Part shown: positions 37,979 through 48,627 of the stretch, piece by piece | Numbering within the stretch: the first letter of the stretch is position 1 | Layout: every line of letters starts with the position of its first letter | Source: Paramoeba atlantica | Lineage: Eukaryota; Protista; Discosea | Assembly: GCA_977017575.1 (NCBI GenBank) | Contig: CDRNVI010000009.1 | Coordinates: 620,001-684,000 of the forward strand | Direction of reading: 5' to 3' | Length of the DNA stretch: 64,000 bases | Notes under the pieces: model-generated | What the model saw: the letters and a program-made list of their open reading frames with translations, nothing else | What the model was told of the DNA's origin: nothing | The model's database searches: none | Position numbers and translations under genes: made by a program

Positions 37979-39457
37979 ATGCCCTGGGACCTCCTCCAAC
38001 CCCCCCACAACCTCCTCTCCACCCCACGAGCCGCCCACACCTGTTCCCTCATCTACCCCACCCCCCCTATCCCCCCCTCCCCCGTTTCCTCCCCCCCTCC
38101 CCCCCGACCCACCCTCCTCTTCATCGGGGGCACCCCCTCCTCTACCTCCGAAGCGGGGGGAGGCCTCCCCCTTCTCGAGGCCCTCGACCTCCCCTCCCTC
38201 TCCTGGACCCCCCTCCCCTCCCCCTCCCCCCTGCTCCCCCCCCTCGCCCACCACACCGCGGTCGTGTGTCCCCCCCACACCGTGCTGGTGTTCGGGGGAA
38301 GGGACCCATCGGGGGGGGATGTGTTCAGCACACTGTGGGAGATTTCCCCCGGGGAACACGGGAGGGGGTTCGAGAGTGTGAGGAGAGGGGAGGGACAGGA
38401 GGGGGTAGAGGGGGAGGGGAGGGGGTATGAGAGTGATGCGGGGAAGGGGGTGGGGAGAGCGGACTCGGTGAGGGATAAGTATGGGCATCCCTATCCCGGG
38501 GGACGGTTCCGTCATAGTGCAGTGTTGGTGGGGAGAGAAGAGATGGTGGGGGGTTTGGGGGGGTTGGGGGAGGATTCGAGAGAGTCGATTATGGTGGTGA
38601 TGGGGGGTGAGTCGGCGTATGGGGAGGTGTTGGATGAGCTGTGGATGTTACATGTGGGGTCGAATACGTGGAGGAGACTGGACGGGGAGAACCGCGGGGT
38701 TTGGGCCCGCAGTGGGCACAGTTGCTGTGTGAGCAACGGAAGGGTGTTTGTGGCCGGTGGGACGTGGCAGGGGGAGCACCATTTTGTGATAGCCCGGCTT
38801 AGTTTACCCGTCGGAGTGGTTTCCCCGTTTCCTGAGGTGATTCTGGAACGCGGCGTGAGGTTTGAGATTCCTGCTTCTCCATGGTTTGGGCACAGCTCGG
38901 TGTTGATGCCGGAGACCCAGATGTGGGTTCACGTCGGGGGGTCGAGGCAGTGGGACCGAATGAGTCCGGTGGAACATGGCACACAGGGCGAACAGTGCTC
39001 TTGTTACCGATTTAGATCGGAGGACGTGCTTTCAGGTTCCGGAAATGCGGATCAGAGCAGTCGGATTGTAATGGAACTCTGTAGCGGGATGCCTAAGGAA
39101 CAGGAAAACGATCTTAACTGCCCGGTTGACGCGCTGTATCAACCCCGTTCGCAGTGTTTCGGAATTTATCCGAACATCTCCTGGTGTTGGATGCCAGTAA
39201 ATGTTTGTCCGTCACCTCGGCAGCACGCCTCGGCGACTCTTGTTGAAGGTTGTTTGTTTCTCTACGGTGGAGAGAATGGTGATTTACAAAACGACATGTA
39301 TGTGCGCTGGATGCCACAAGAACCGGAAAATGTAGATCTGTCCCATATCCCGCGAAGGCCTTGCGTACGAGAGAGCGAGGACGGGAATGCGGCGTGTGGT
39401 GAGAACACTGCCTCAGGCTCGCGTTTTCGTCTCTTTCTTAATAAGCGGGAAGGGTGA
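37979..39457 (+). CDS. Kelch-repeat protein
   Basis: GG..W spaced blades: LFIGG, HHTAVV..VLVFGG, GRFRHSAV..VMGG..DELW, ARSGHSC..FVAGG, PRQHASAT..FLYGG. Confidence 0.85.
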   Translation: MPWDLLQPPHNLLSTPRAAHTCSLIYPTPPIPPSPVSSPPPPRPTLLFIGGTPSSTSEAGGGLPLLEALDLPSLSWTPLPSPSPLLPPLAHHTAVVCPPHTVLVFGGRDPSGGDVFSTLWEISPGEHGRGFESVRRGEGQEGVEGEGRGYESDAGKGVGRADSVRDKYGHPYPGGRFRHSAVLVGREEMVGGLGGLGEDSRESIMVVMGGESAYGEVLDELWMLHVGSNTWRRLDGENRGVWARSGHSCCVSNGRVFVAGGTWQGEHHFVIARLSLPVGVVSPFPEVILERGVRFEIPASPWFGHSSVLMPETQMWVHVGGSRQWDRMSPVEHGTQGEQCSCYRFRSEDVLSGSGNADQSSRIVMELCSGMPKEQENDLNCPVDALYQPRSQCFGIYPNISWCWMPVNVCPSPRQHASATLVEGCLFLYGGENGDLQNDMYVRWMPQEPENVDLSHIPRRPCVRESEDGNAACGENTASGSRFRLFLNKREG

Positions 39458-39710
39458 AGATTGTGATCTTTTTTAGTGGGATGTTGCCGCACCATACTAC
39501 AAAGATCGTCCGCTAGATAGGAAGGAAGCAGCAAAGACGTCGTTACACATACGCTTTAAATAACTAATTTTCCCGCAGAATAATCCTCTACGTTTTTGCA
39601 TCTCAAACTGTATGATTTATTCTTTAAATCTAGGGTTCACCTTGTTGGTCTAGCAACGTATTTTTTTCCAAAACAAAATTGTGTAGACTTCTGTCGTATT
39701 TAACCTGTGA

Positions 39711-40766
39711 ATGTTCGAAATAAATATGAAGCCCATAAAAGGGAATTCCACGTCTTCGTTCGACTTATCGTTGCGTAGGTACGTCAATGGTGCAGAAATC
39801 CATTTTGGATCCAAAAGAAATGGAATCATGCCTGACGATCACTTTGTACCACCTTATGTTGTGAAAAATCGTCGAGGCGAGGAAATAGAAGTGCATTGGA
39901 ATAACCTCCACGCCGTATGCTGGGGAATGAGAACTTCCCCTTTGTCAGGGGTTCTATGTTGGCCGGCCCTACCTTTGTCACTGGTTGTCCTTGATATCAG
40001 TTCCAACAAGCTGGAGGGCAAGGTAGTGCTGCCGAAACTACCAAATTTGCAAACTCTGAACATCTCTTCCAATCATTTTTCCGGAAATTTCGACTGCACC
40101 CGTCTGCCTCCTCGTTTACTTACCTTGAATGCATCGGATAATAAATTTGACGGCCTAATTGATCTCTCAGCACTCCCTCTAGGACTTCAGGAGATCAACT
40201 TGAGCGGCAATGCTTTTCAAGGCCCAGTGCAGCTAGATTGCATTAACCCATGTTTAGTCCGACTGGATCTTTCGAGCAATCGTCTCACAGGAGGTCTATG
40301 TTTGGGGGCAATACAACAAAATTACCGCTACGACAAAGTCCGACACAAGCTAACACGCTCTATGTCAAATGCAGATGGAGAAGTACTGCCCGTGTGCTTA
40401 CGTGACCTCAACTTAAGTGACAATAACTTAGATGGTGTATTGCGCCTCTCCGATCTCCCGACCAGTCTGGAAAGCCTTGACGTCAGTAAGAACCACTTTG
40501 ATAAGGAACTTGTTATAAAAAAGTTACCACCCTTTCTGAAGGAAGTGAACGCGAGCGATAATCAGTTAAATGGCATTGCTAATCTGGAGGGATTCGCACC
40601 TGAAACACACATTAAGCTATCAAACAACGTGTTTTCTCGATTCATCTTTCCAGCACAGTCCTTGAATGTTGATTTATATCCTCAGCGGTCCGTATTGAGT
40701 CTATGCGACCCGCTCGCCACAGTAGTGAAGAAATTGACAGTAAACAAGCTATTTCACAATAGTTGA
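39711..40766 (+). CDS. Leucine-rich repeat protein
   Basis: Repeated LP..L..L(D/N)(I/L)S.N...G units. Confidence 0.88.
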   Translation: MFEINMKPIKGNSTSSFDLSLRRYVNGAEIHFGSKRNGIMPDDHFVPPYVVKNRRGEEIEVHWNNLHAVCWGMRTSPLSGVLCWPALPLSLVVLDISSNKLEGKVVLPKLPNLQTLNISSNHFSGNFDCTRLPPRLLTLNASDNKFDGLIDLSALPLGLQEINLSGNAFQGPVQLDCINPCLVRLDLSSNRLTGGLCLGAIQQNYRYDKVRHKLTRSMSNADGEVLPVCLRDLNLSDNNLDGVLRLSDLPTSLESLDVSKNHFDKELVIKKLPPFLKEVNASDNQLNGIANLEGFAPETHIKLSNNVFSRFIFPAQSLNVDLYPQRSVLSLCDPLATVVKKLTVNKLFHNS

Positions 40767-40769
40767 GAT

Positions 40770-41564
40770 GTCCGCCTGAAAAGTAGCACGGAGAAATGTA
40801 GATTATCCGTTTTAGACTAAGCAGTTTTGTCAAATCTTTACAGATGGAAGGCGCACCTTCCCCAACATTACGGCAAAATAGTCTTTGCACACTACTTACA
40901 CGCAGAGGAAAGCTTCATCGTAGTCGGGTTTGGATAAACCATTGACCTTCCTACAAAATTTCACTATTTCTAAAGGAAGTAACTTATGCGCAGGTGTCAA
41001 TGACGAGAAAAAGTGGTCTCGTCACTTCTAACGGAGGCTACATTTCGTAGTCCTTCAGGGAAGGAGTTCTCTGCAGTAGAATAAGTAATGGTGTCTGAGT
41101 ACGAAACACCGTCATTAAAGGAGAAATAATCTCAAACGTTGAGATTTCGTCCACTTCTTTTAGAATGAAAGTTAGGAACTTTGATTGAGGGCAGGTATCA
41201 GAATTTTACACTCACTTGTGTATATTGATGTCGGGGGTCTATGTTTTTGCATTTTTTCTGTTCCAAATAACATTGCATTTGCTATGATTTTGATTTTTTT
41301 TAATGTTTTAATGTACGAAACACATGTAATTGAGATGGGTGGGAGAACAAGGTGTCTTTTGATTCTGCTTTTTACTTCAGGGCTCAGAGTATAAACATTT
41401 TCAGGCGAATTGCTTTTCAAATATTTTCGAATATGTTTCACATTGACATTAAACTCGCAGGCTACTTGCCTTATCGCAACCCCTTGGCCAAGCCTCATGC
41501 GCAATAACACTTTTCCACTTTCTGTAAGACCACCTCTGGGGAGTCGATACGTATTTCTTGGCAT
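40770..41564 (-). pseudogene. Degenerate IS630/Tc1-like transposase
   Basis: N-terminal HTH LGQGVAIRQVACEFNVNVKHIRKYLK; downstream fragments RPLFLVIDTCA (LDNA.H-like) and IIYISPCYFSGGHLNYCE (LPPY.P.LNPIE-like) across stops and frameshifts. Confidence 0.45.
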
Positions 41565-41925
41565 GAAAAGTGATTTTTTTTAAGATATAAATTCAACATT
41601 TTTTTATTTTTCGAAATGACCTAAAGACAACGGGAACGAACAGATCTCAAAAATTTGCACGATAAAGTGGTGCGATAACCCCCCTAGCCCCCCTCGTGCA
41701 AAAAATAAGGGTGGGTGCCTTTTTGATGCGGAGGGGTTTACATTGAAAATTATACCGCAAATATTTGAAGCCTTTTTTACAGGACTATTGCTGCGTTGAG
41801 GTACGCTAAAAGAAGAATTCGTTTCAAGGTCTCTTTAGTTTTACATGTAGTACAGTAGTCTGTATATGGAAGTCTGTAAAGTCTGAAGTACAGAAGTCTG
41901 TATATGTACTTGCATATGACCAATA

Positions 41926-42603
41926 ATGGAACACATTGCTCATTATTTGAGAATGTCTGCCGCTGCTGTGGAATTCGGAGATGTTGATTTATCTCGAGAG
42001 TATGGAAGAGAACTTCGGAATGCCCTTCTGCCAATAATTGCAGAAAAATACGAATATCCCAACACGTCGGATTTTGATGTGCTTTCTAGTTTACATAAAG
42101 CGCGTACACACACCAGACGTAAATACGGAAAGAAAGTGCGAAAAACAAAACAAGCTCAATCTCTTGCCACTGTCAGCCGAGAAGCTTTCTATGAAGCACT
42201 TCGAGGAAATTTTCATGATGCGTTCGATTCGTCCGAATTGCCGAATAAAGCTGGTACGCACACTAACCGAACAACACCAGCAAATAAAAGTGAACCGCTT
42301 GGTCCATCGAGTGGTTCGGACTTTAGTAAGCGAAATGAGGCAAACAAACTCTTGACTTCGAATGAGTCAAGTTTAGCGTCTAAGATTGATCCTTTGTATG
42401 TCCTTTCTTTGCTTTGTCCACGATGTTTATGTTTTTTGAGGGTTGGAAGAAGTGCCACGGTGAAGATTCAAAAAGTCGCGAAACCGTATAAAGAAGAAAA
42501 ATCTGATCAAAATTCTTCCAATTCTTCAACCATAGTATCCTACGAATGCAGCACATGCGTGTCTAGTCCTGGACAAACCGCGCGAAAGAAAACCAAAAAG
42601 TGA
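41926..42603 (+). CDS. Rpr2/Rpp21/Snm1-like zinc-binding protein
   Basis: HYLRMSAAAV...LSREYGRELR N-terminus; LCPRCLCFLRVG.SATVKI ... SYECSTC four-cysteine motif; basic tail. Confidence 0.55.
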   Translation: MEHIAHYLRMSAAAVEFGDVDLSREYGRELRNALLPIIAEKYEYPNTSDFDVLSSLHKARTHTRRKYGKKVRKTKQAQSLATVSREAFYEALRGNFHDAFDSSELPNKAGTHTNRTTPANKSEPLGPSSGSDFSKRNEANKLLTSNESSLASKIDPLYVLSLLCPRCLCFLRVGRSATVKIQKVAKPYKEEKSDQNSSNSSTIVSYECSTCVSSPGQTARKKTKK

Positions 42604-42789
42604 ACTTGTAGGACATGATAGCCACATTTTTAAAAGCAAGAAATACACAATCAGACTGTATGTCTGCGTATTCGTCCAGCATGTTGTGTATTCGACATGA
42701 CCAATATTTTGTTCCCCACCCCGTTTTACGTTTTCCCACTTTTTCCGAATACGTCTAGATTTTCATTTTTCTCATTGTTAAACTGAACG

Positions 42790-43191
42790 ATGAAGATTCT
42801 TAAGCCAGGAAAGGTCGTACTGATGCTCCAGGGCCGACACGCGGGAAAGAAAGGTGTGGTGGTACAAACAACTGAACGCGGTACCAAGAGCCGACCCTAC
42901 GGACACGCCGTTATTGTCGGAGTCTCCGAATATCCCCGTAAAGTACACAAGCGCATGAGCCGCAAAACGATTGCCAACCGCAGTCGCGTAAAGCCGTTCG
43001 TCCGAGTGGTGAACCACAATCACATTTTCCCTACTCGATACAACATGGAGATTGTGGGCGAGCTGAAGGGAAAGATTAACTTGACGGACGAAACGCATCG
43101 GAAAGACACACGCCGTGATGTACGTGCGGTTTTGGAGGAGCGCTACAAGAGCGGACGCAACCAGTGGTTTTTCCAAGCCCTCAGGTTTTAG
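42790..43191 (+). CDS. RPL27: 60S ribosomal protein L27 (eL27)
   Basis: MKILKPGKVVLMLQGRHAGKK...RPYGHA...YPRKV...KPFVRVVNHNHIFPTRY...NQWFFQALRF. Confidence 0.97.
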   Translation: MKILKPGKVVLMLQGRHAGKKGVVVQTTERGTKSRPYGHAVIVGVSEYPRKVHKRMSRKTIANRSRVKPFVRVVNHNHIFPTRYNMEIVGELKGKINLTDETHRKDTRRDVRAVLEERYKSGRNQWFFQALRF

Positions 43192-43450
43192 AAGTGAAAG
43201 AGCAAGTGGAAGGAATGTTGTGTAAAAATAAGTGCTGAAATACTTGTAGTCCAAAGAGAATTTATGCGTGAAGAAAAGTGATTCTCTATTGACAGAATTT
43301 GACGTTGAGTACCATAAAATGAATTGAACAGAAAACTTGATTGTGTGCAATTTACCTCCAAATATAGAAAAAGAACTGCACTACTCCGTAATCAATCCGC
43401 ACAATTTCTCAAGACCTTTTTATTCCCCTCATCCACCACTTTCACTTCCC

Positions 43451-44803
43451 ATGTCCTCCTTCCACAAACTACGTAACCTGCCTCTCCGTACCCAACCCCC
43501 CTCCCCCCGTTTCTTTTCTCACCCCTTTCCTACCACAACCTCCTCTTCCTCCTCCTCCCTGGGTCAAATTTTCACCCTCACCTCCCCGTCCCCAACCCCT
43601 ACACAGTTACACGTACACTCCACCACGCCCTACCATCCCTGCTACCGTACGCTACACACCACAACCACAACCCCTCCCCACTCTTCCCCCTCCCAACCCC
43701 CCGACACCCCCGTACTCCCCCTCACCTCTTTCAACATTGAAAAAGAACTTCTCCGCAGTCCCACCCCTACGGTACTCCTTCTCTACGCCGAGAGCTCCCC
43801 GGAATGTCTTCTCTACTTCAAAGAGCTCAAACAAGCCATCCACACGCTGCGTGAAAACTCATCCCGCGAAGCCCCTCTTCGCCTGGCCACGATCAACTGC
43901 GAACGGGAGGGCCAGCTCGCCCGACAGTTCGGGGCGGACCGCCTGGGGGTCCCGATGACCTTCTTTGTGTACAAAGGGCAGGTCGTGGATCGGGCCCCCG
44001 GGGTGATGAAGGAGAGGCAGATCGGGGAGGCGTTGCGGGGGTTTCAGCGGGTGCTGCGGGAGCAGTATGGCTGGGTGGTGGGGAGAGAGGGGAGCGGGGG
44101 AAGTGCCGAAAGGGGTAAAACAGAAAAAGAAAATGGACCGTTGGGGGTGGTGGCGGAGGCGAAACGGTGTGGTGAGGTGGAGGAGGCGATGAAGGCGTGT
44201 AAAAAGGTGTTTGAGATGTGTGAGGGACCGATTGAGGAGCTGAAAAAGGGTCTGGGGGTTGGGGTGAAAAAGATTTCGCAGGATATAACGAATAAAATGA
44301 AGGAAAATGAGCATATGCAGGCGACGGCGCAAGCCCACGCGTTGTTGTGCCGCTTGTATGGTCAGAAAGGGGAGAAGGAGAAGGCAGCCGAGCACGCGAA
44401 AGTTCTGCGTAGCGAGTTGTCATGGGCGCTGAAGGATGACCGAGAAATCGCACAAACGATTGCCGACTTTGAGATTCGATCAATCGTAGAGTTTGACCCA
44501 GACAAACATTCGGTGGCCTATTTGAAAGGCCTGCCGGCAGACTCTGCAAAGGATCCGGATGAGTACTATCTCACACACCTACGATTGTCCGTAGCGTTCT
44601 ACACATGCGGTCAAATGCAGGAAGCCATCGACGAGCTGCTCTCGCTCATTCGTCTTGAGCCCAGACTTCATAAGGCACCCAAGTCCCGACAAGAGAGCAC
44701 TCCAGCACGACGAATGATTCTATTACTCTTTGAGATGGAGGGCGCGGAAAGCGAGATCGTTCAGAAGGCACGGAGGAAGCTATCGGCGTTGTTGTTTTGC
44801 TGA
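43451..44803 (+). CDS. Thioredoxin-fold plus TPR protein (CnoX/YbbN-like), likely mitochondrial
   Basis: TVLLLYAESSPEC...LATINCERE.QLA.QFG...VP, C-terminal ARRMILLLFE..G....VQKARRKLSALLF. Confidence 0.8.
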   Translation: MSSFHKLRNLPLRTQPPSPRFFSHPFPTTTSSSSSSLGQIFTLTSPSPTPTQLHVHSTTPYHPCYRTLHTTTTTPPHSSPSQPPDTPVLPLTSFNIEKELLRSPTPTVLLLYAESSPECLLYFKELKQAIHTLRENSSREAPLRLATINCEREGQLARQFGADRLGVPMTFFVYKGQVVDRAPGVMKERQIGEALRGFQRVLREQYGWVVGREGSGGSAERGKTEKENGPLGVVAEAKRCGEVEEAMKACKKVFEMCEGPIEELKKGLGVGVKKISQDITNKMKENEHMQATAQAHALLCRLYGQKGEKEKAAEHAKVLRSELSWALKDDREIAQTIADFEIRSIVEFDPDKHSVAYLKGLPADSAKDPDEYYLTHLRLSVAFYTCGQMQEAIDELLSLIRLEPRLHKAPKSRQESTPARRMILLLFEMEGAESEIVQKARRKLSALLFC

Positions 44804-45130
44804 GTATCCCCAAACAACCAATTTTTATTCGACCAACGGAGAAACCTTATTCAGTAGGATCCCAATTTTGCTTGATTTATTCAATGAAGTGACCGGCAAG
44901 GGTACCTCAAATGCCTACAAAAGTTTTGTATTACTATGCTAGATCACGCTTTTCTATACATGAACGAGGAATATATTGAGCACTCACATGTTCGTTTCAT
45001 TTTCACGAATCAATTTCATCCGTTTCTTATTTCAACCAAAACTACATACATGTGCTCTCAGACTATACCTCTCACACTAGTGATTTTTAACCCTAGAAAA
45101 CCCCTTTCCACCCCTTCCCACCCCCTCTCC

Positions 45131-45694
45131 ATGCCCTTCTTCAACCTCCTCCTCACCTTTGCATCCGAATCCATCACCTCCCTCCACCCCGACACCTCCT
45201 CCTCCCCTTCCTCCCCCCCCACCTACGCCCTCACCCTACGCTGTTCCCACTGTCACACCCCCCACCCCCGGGACGTGGTGCTCGACCCCCGCACCCCCCC
45301 CGCACCCCCCTCCCCCTCTCGAGCCCACCTCTCCTGGAGATGTGACTTTTGTAAACGAGAGGGGACCGTACGGATGGTGCCGGAAAGTCGGAGCACAACA
45401 CAGAATACGAGCCGTGCGAATAAGAGTCCTAAGAAGTATAAGACGGCCGAATCCGTATCGAACGTGGTCGACGGGGGTAACCGGCTCCTGGTGTGCCGCG
45501 TAGAGGCCAGGGGGAGTGCGGAGGTGACGGGGTGGGACCCCACCCGCACGGTGTGGCAGCTGGGGAGTGCGACAGGGGGGGAGTGGGGCGGGGTGGGGGT
45601 GGGGGAACAAGGGGAGTGGGTGGAGTATGATGAAAAAGAGGGGTGTGTGGTGTCGGTTTCGGAAATCAAGGGTGTGGTGGAGAGGGAGAGGTAG
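45131..45694 (+). CDS. DUF866 / CXXC zinc-binding protein (CZIB-like)
   Basis: LRCSHC..H...AHLSWRCDFCKREG...WVEYDEKEG..VSVSEI. Confidence 0.8.
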   Translation: MPFFNLLLTFASESITSLHPDTSSSPSSPPTYALTLRCSHCHTPHPRDVVLDPRTPPAPPSPSRAHLSWRCDFCKREGTVRMVPESRSTTQNTSRANKSPKKYKTAESVSNVVDGGNRLLVCRVEARGSAEVTGWDPTRTVWQLGSATGGEWGGVGVGEQGEWVEYDEKEGCVVSVSEIKGVVERER

Positions 45695-45900
45695 GAGGAA
45701 AAGGGGGGCTACGTTTCGTGGGGGTACGGGGGGAACACGTCGCCGTTTTTGCTTGCTCTCTGTGGCGTGCAATGTGTGTATTTAAGGTAAATGCATCGAT
45801 AATAAGGATTTTAAGGATTTTAAGATGTACAGGTCATGGAGTCATCCAGGCTTCACACACAATAAAAATTATTATTGTTCTCCCTTAAACTATTGCACTT

Positions 45901-46594
45901 ATGCAAGATCTGGAACCTCGTGAGTCGGCTCCTGCACGGACGCGCGGGGCTATACTTCCCCATGAATTCGATCTCCTTCGCTTTCTGGCTGATGTGCAAC
46001 AGGACGAGCCTACCTGGAATATGAACACAGCAGCTTGTTCATGGAACGGTGTTATGTGTAATATGAAAGGAGAGAATCTGGAATGCCAAACTTCTCACCG
46101 GTATTTTACATTGGCGACATCTTCCCGCCTCTGTTGAAGAGGTAGCAGTTGGCCAGAATTCCCTGGTCGGACGCTTGCCACTTGAGGATATTCATTCGAA
46201 CTTCAAAACGCTCCATACTTACGAGAATAAGATGAATGAGTCCCTCACATTTTCCCTTTTCTCCCGTAGAATGGAGTACATTAACATTGCGCGGAACCGG
46301 CACACGGATGGGGCTGACTTAAGTGTCTTGCCTCAAACGCTAACACAATTAGATATTAGTTTCAATGAGTTTGAAGGCTCTCTTGAACTCCGATTCCTTC
46401 CCTCTGGTCTTGTGGAATTTTATGCAACCAATAATCTTTTTAGTGGAGAAGTATTCCTCGATCGTCTGCCCCTAGGTCTGCGATATTTCGAAGTACAATC
46501 GAATCCCCATTTGAGAGGGGTCATAAATCTCATGAAACTGCCACCTCATCTCGGCTTCCCTCGCTGGGAACAAACAATGATAACTACAAAATAG
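45901..46594 (+). pseudogene. LRR family gene with frameshift near 46075
   Basis: N-cap CSWNGVMCN in the 45901 frame; IWNAKLLTGILHWRHLPASVEEVAVGQNSL and LRR units in the 46175 frame. Confidence 0.7.
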
Positions 46595-46644
46595 ACTGAA
46601 AAAAACTACAACGCTCGTAAAAAATTATGGAATATTTGTTTTTA

Positions 46645-46907
46645 AACGGGGGTTCCGTTTAGCATACCCCCCGGTAGGGTACGAGGTCACAGGTATGGTA
46701 ACAGGTTACAGGTAGATAAATAGTGAATAAAACAAACGAATAATGCTTTATAGAGTTATGATGCACGTGGGCCACCTCGAACAAGAAGTCGACATCACAC
46801 CTTTTCTGCCTCAAAAACCAGGGGGGGTATGCTATTTACCCTGGGTCACGATACCATACCCCCCGGTATGGTACGAGATAACAGCTATGCTAAACCGGAC
46901 CCCCGTT
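46645..46907. mobile_element. MITE with ~22-bp TIRs, TA-flanked
   Basis: TA|AACGGGGGTTCCGTTTAGCATA ... TATGCTAAACCGGACCCCCGTT|TA; internal CCCCCCGGTA(G/T)GGTACGAG repeat. Confidence 0.75.
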
Positions 46908-46954
46908 TAGTAATGGCTACAACAATGTTTTTAGCGAAATTTTAAGGTAAATTG

Positions 46955-48354
46955 CAGGGTTCGCGGAAACTTTAAAACTTTCAAGAAAGTACTTTAAAGT
47001 TACTTTATTTTTTTCTAAAAACTTTCAAAAACTTTTTTTTCTTCGTATACTTTAAAATCGCGAAAATTTCTTTCGTCATGATTTTGATTCGTCTGTATTC
47101 ATTACAGTTCATTATTAGGCCTCTATACAAGACACGATACTTTTTTTCCGATGGAAAAGCTCACCCGGGGCACTTTTTGTAAAGATTTCTTTACTCATGT
47201 ACCTAATGCAGAGTGCGACAAGCAGATGGTGGAGTGCAAATTGTGTCCTGAGAATGGCAAAAAACGTTTTTTTGACGGCAAGAGGTCTGCAGACCGATTA
47301 CATATCGGCAGAAAGGCATCTTCGAAAACACGATAAAAGTTATGATGCGTGGTGCACGGAGCAAAGGGAGAAATATCGCCGAGAAAATCCAACGTTGCAC
47401 GTAAGTTCCCAAACCGCGACGCCTGAGCACCACAAGGATGTTATAATCTGGAAATCGGAATGTGGCATTCCAACCTCGGCCCTTGAACACCCAATATTTC
47501 GTCACAAAATTGTACGTGGAATGTGCCCCACCCCACCTCGAAGAGAAAAGCTTAACGAACTTACTATTGAGTACGCCAAACAACTGCGTACCAAAACGTG
47601 CATTGACTTTGGATTTAAATTTTCGGATGTAAGTGTATGTATGGACACATCCATTATTCACCACCGCACGACATGTGCCGTGACACTTGTACACAAAGGA
47701 ATCTCGATGTGTTGGGCTATCAAGCCTATGTCATCAACTGACGCCACCGCATTCAAGCTTCTGCTTGAGGAAACAGTCGATGAACTTCGATCTGAGCGCA
47801 TCTTTGCTGTTCACGTCGTGTCAGATGCGGGAACAGGAATAAAAAAGGGGTTGATGATGACTGCCGATGAAAACGGAATTGCGTATACTGTGTGTTTTGT
47901 GCATTCACTTCAACTCTGCATGGGGAACATCATGAGCATAGAGGATACGAGTGCTATTCTAGAGCTCGGGAAAACCTATGAAAAGTGGCGAGCCCCTTGT
48001 CCAACACGTTGGTGGTCTACTTTGGACATTGTGGAACGTGCTCTTAGTGATCCTGCATGGGAATCATTTTCCACGAAGGCAAAAATGTATGTGTGGATCG
48101 AAAAGCTGCTAGTGTATCGCGTTGTAGGGAAACTTATCGAACGCGATGATTGCACTGTGTCCTCAGCGCTTCGAATGTGGATTCGTCTAATTGATGAGGC
48201 ACCAAGGCCATATTGCATGGTCTTGATGGATTGTCTTATGCGAACATTGAGTTCTGTGCATTTGCTTGGTAAACAAGCAAATGCACAGACACAATGCACA
48301 GAGAAACAATTTACTAAATTGTTTACCCGAATTTTTCCTCAGATATTTCCATAG
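46955..48354 (+). mobile_element. 5' part of a hAT transposon: terminus plus BED finger (frameshifted) plus DDE core, C-terminus missing
   Basis: CAGGGTTCGC end; CKLC...AERHLRKH BED finger split over two frames; VCMDT, VVSDAG, CFVHSLQL, PTRWWST motifs. Confidence 0.8.
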
Positions 48355-48557
48355 TCCACTCCACGTAATACATAAATCTGTACATAAATTTTACCCTTCC
48401 CTATCCCACCTCGCATCCTTTCACGCCCTTACCCTCTTTTCTACCCTCCTCTACCTTCCCCCAACCTACCTTTCCCACCCCTCCACCCATGACACCCTCC
48501 ACCCCACCCCCTCCCCACCCCCTCCCACCCCCCTCTCCCCTCGTTTCCGCCTAAACC

Positions 48558-48612
48558 CCCCAACTCCCCCCAACTCCCCCCAACTCCCCCCAACTCCCCC
48601 CAACTCCCCACA
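48558..48612. repeat. 10-bp tandem repeat AACTCCCCCC, about 5 copies (G-quadruplex potential on the minus strand)
   Basis: Direct reading of the sequence. Confidence 0.85.
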
Positions 48613-48627
48613 CCCCCTCCCCCCCCC

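Noticed and set aside
45087-45099. TTAACCCTAGAAA, identical to the start of the T. ni piggyBac end
   Set aside because: Isolated 13-mer in an AT-rich UTR with no partner end; probably chance
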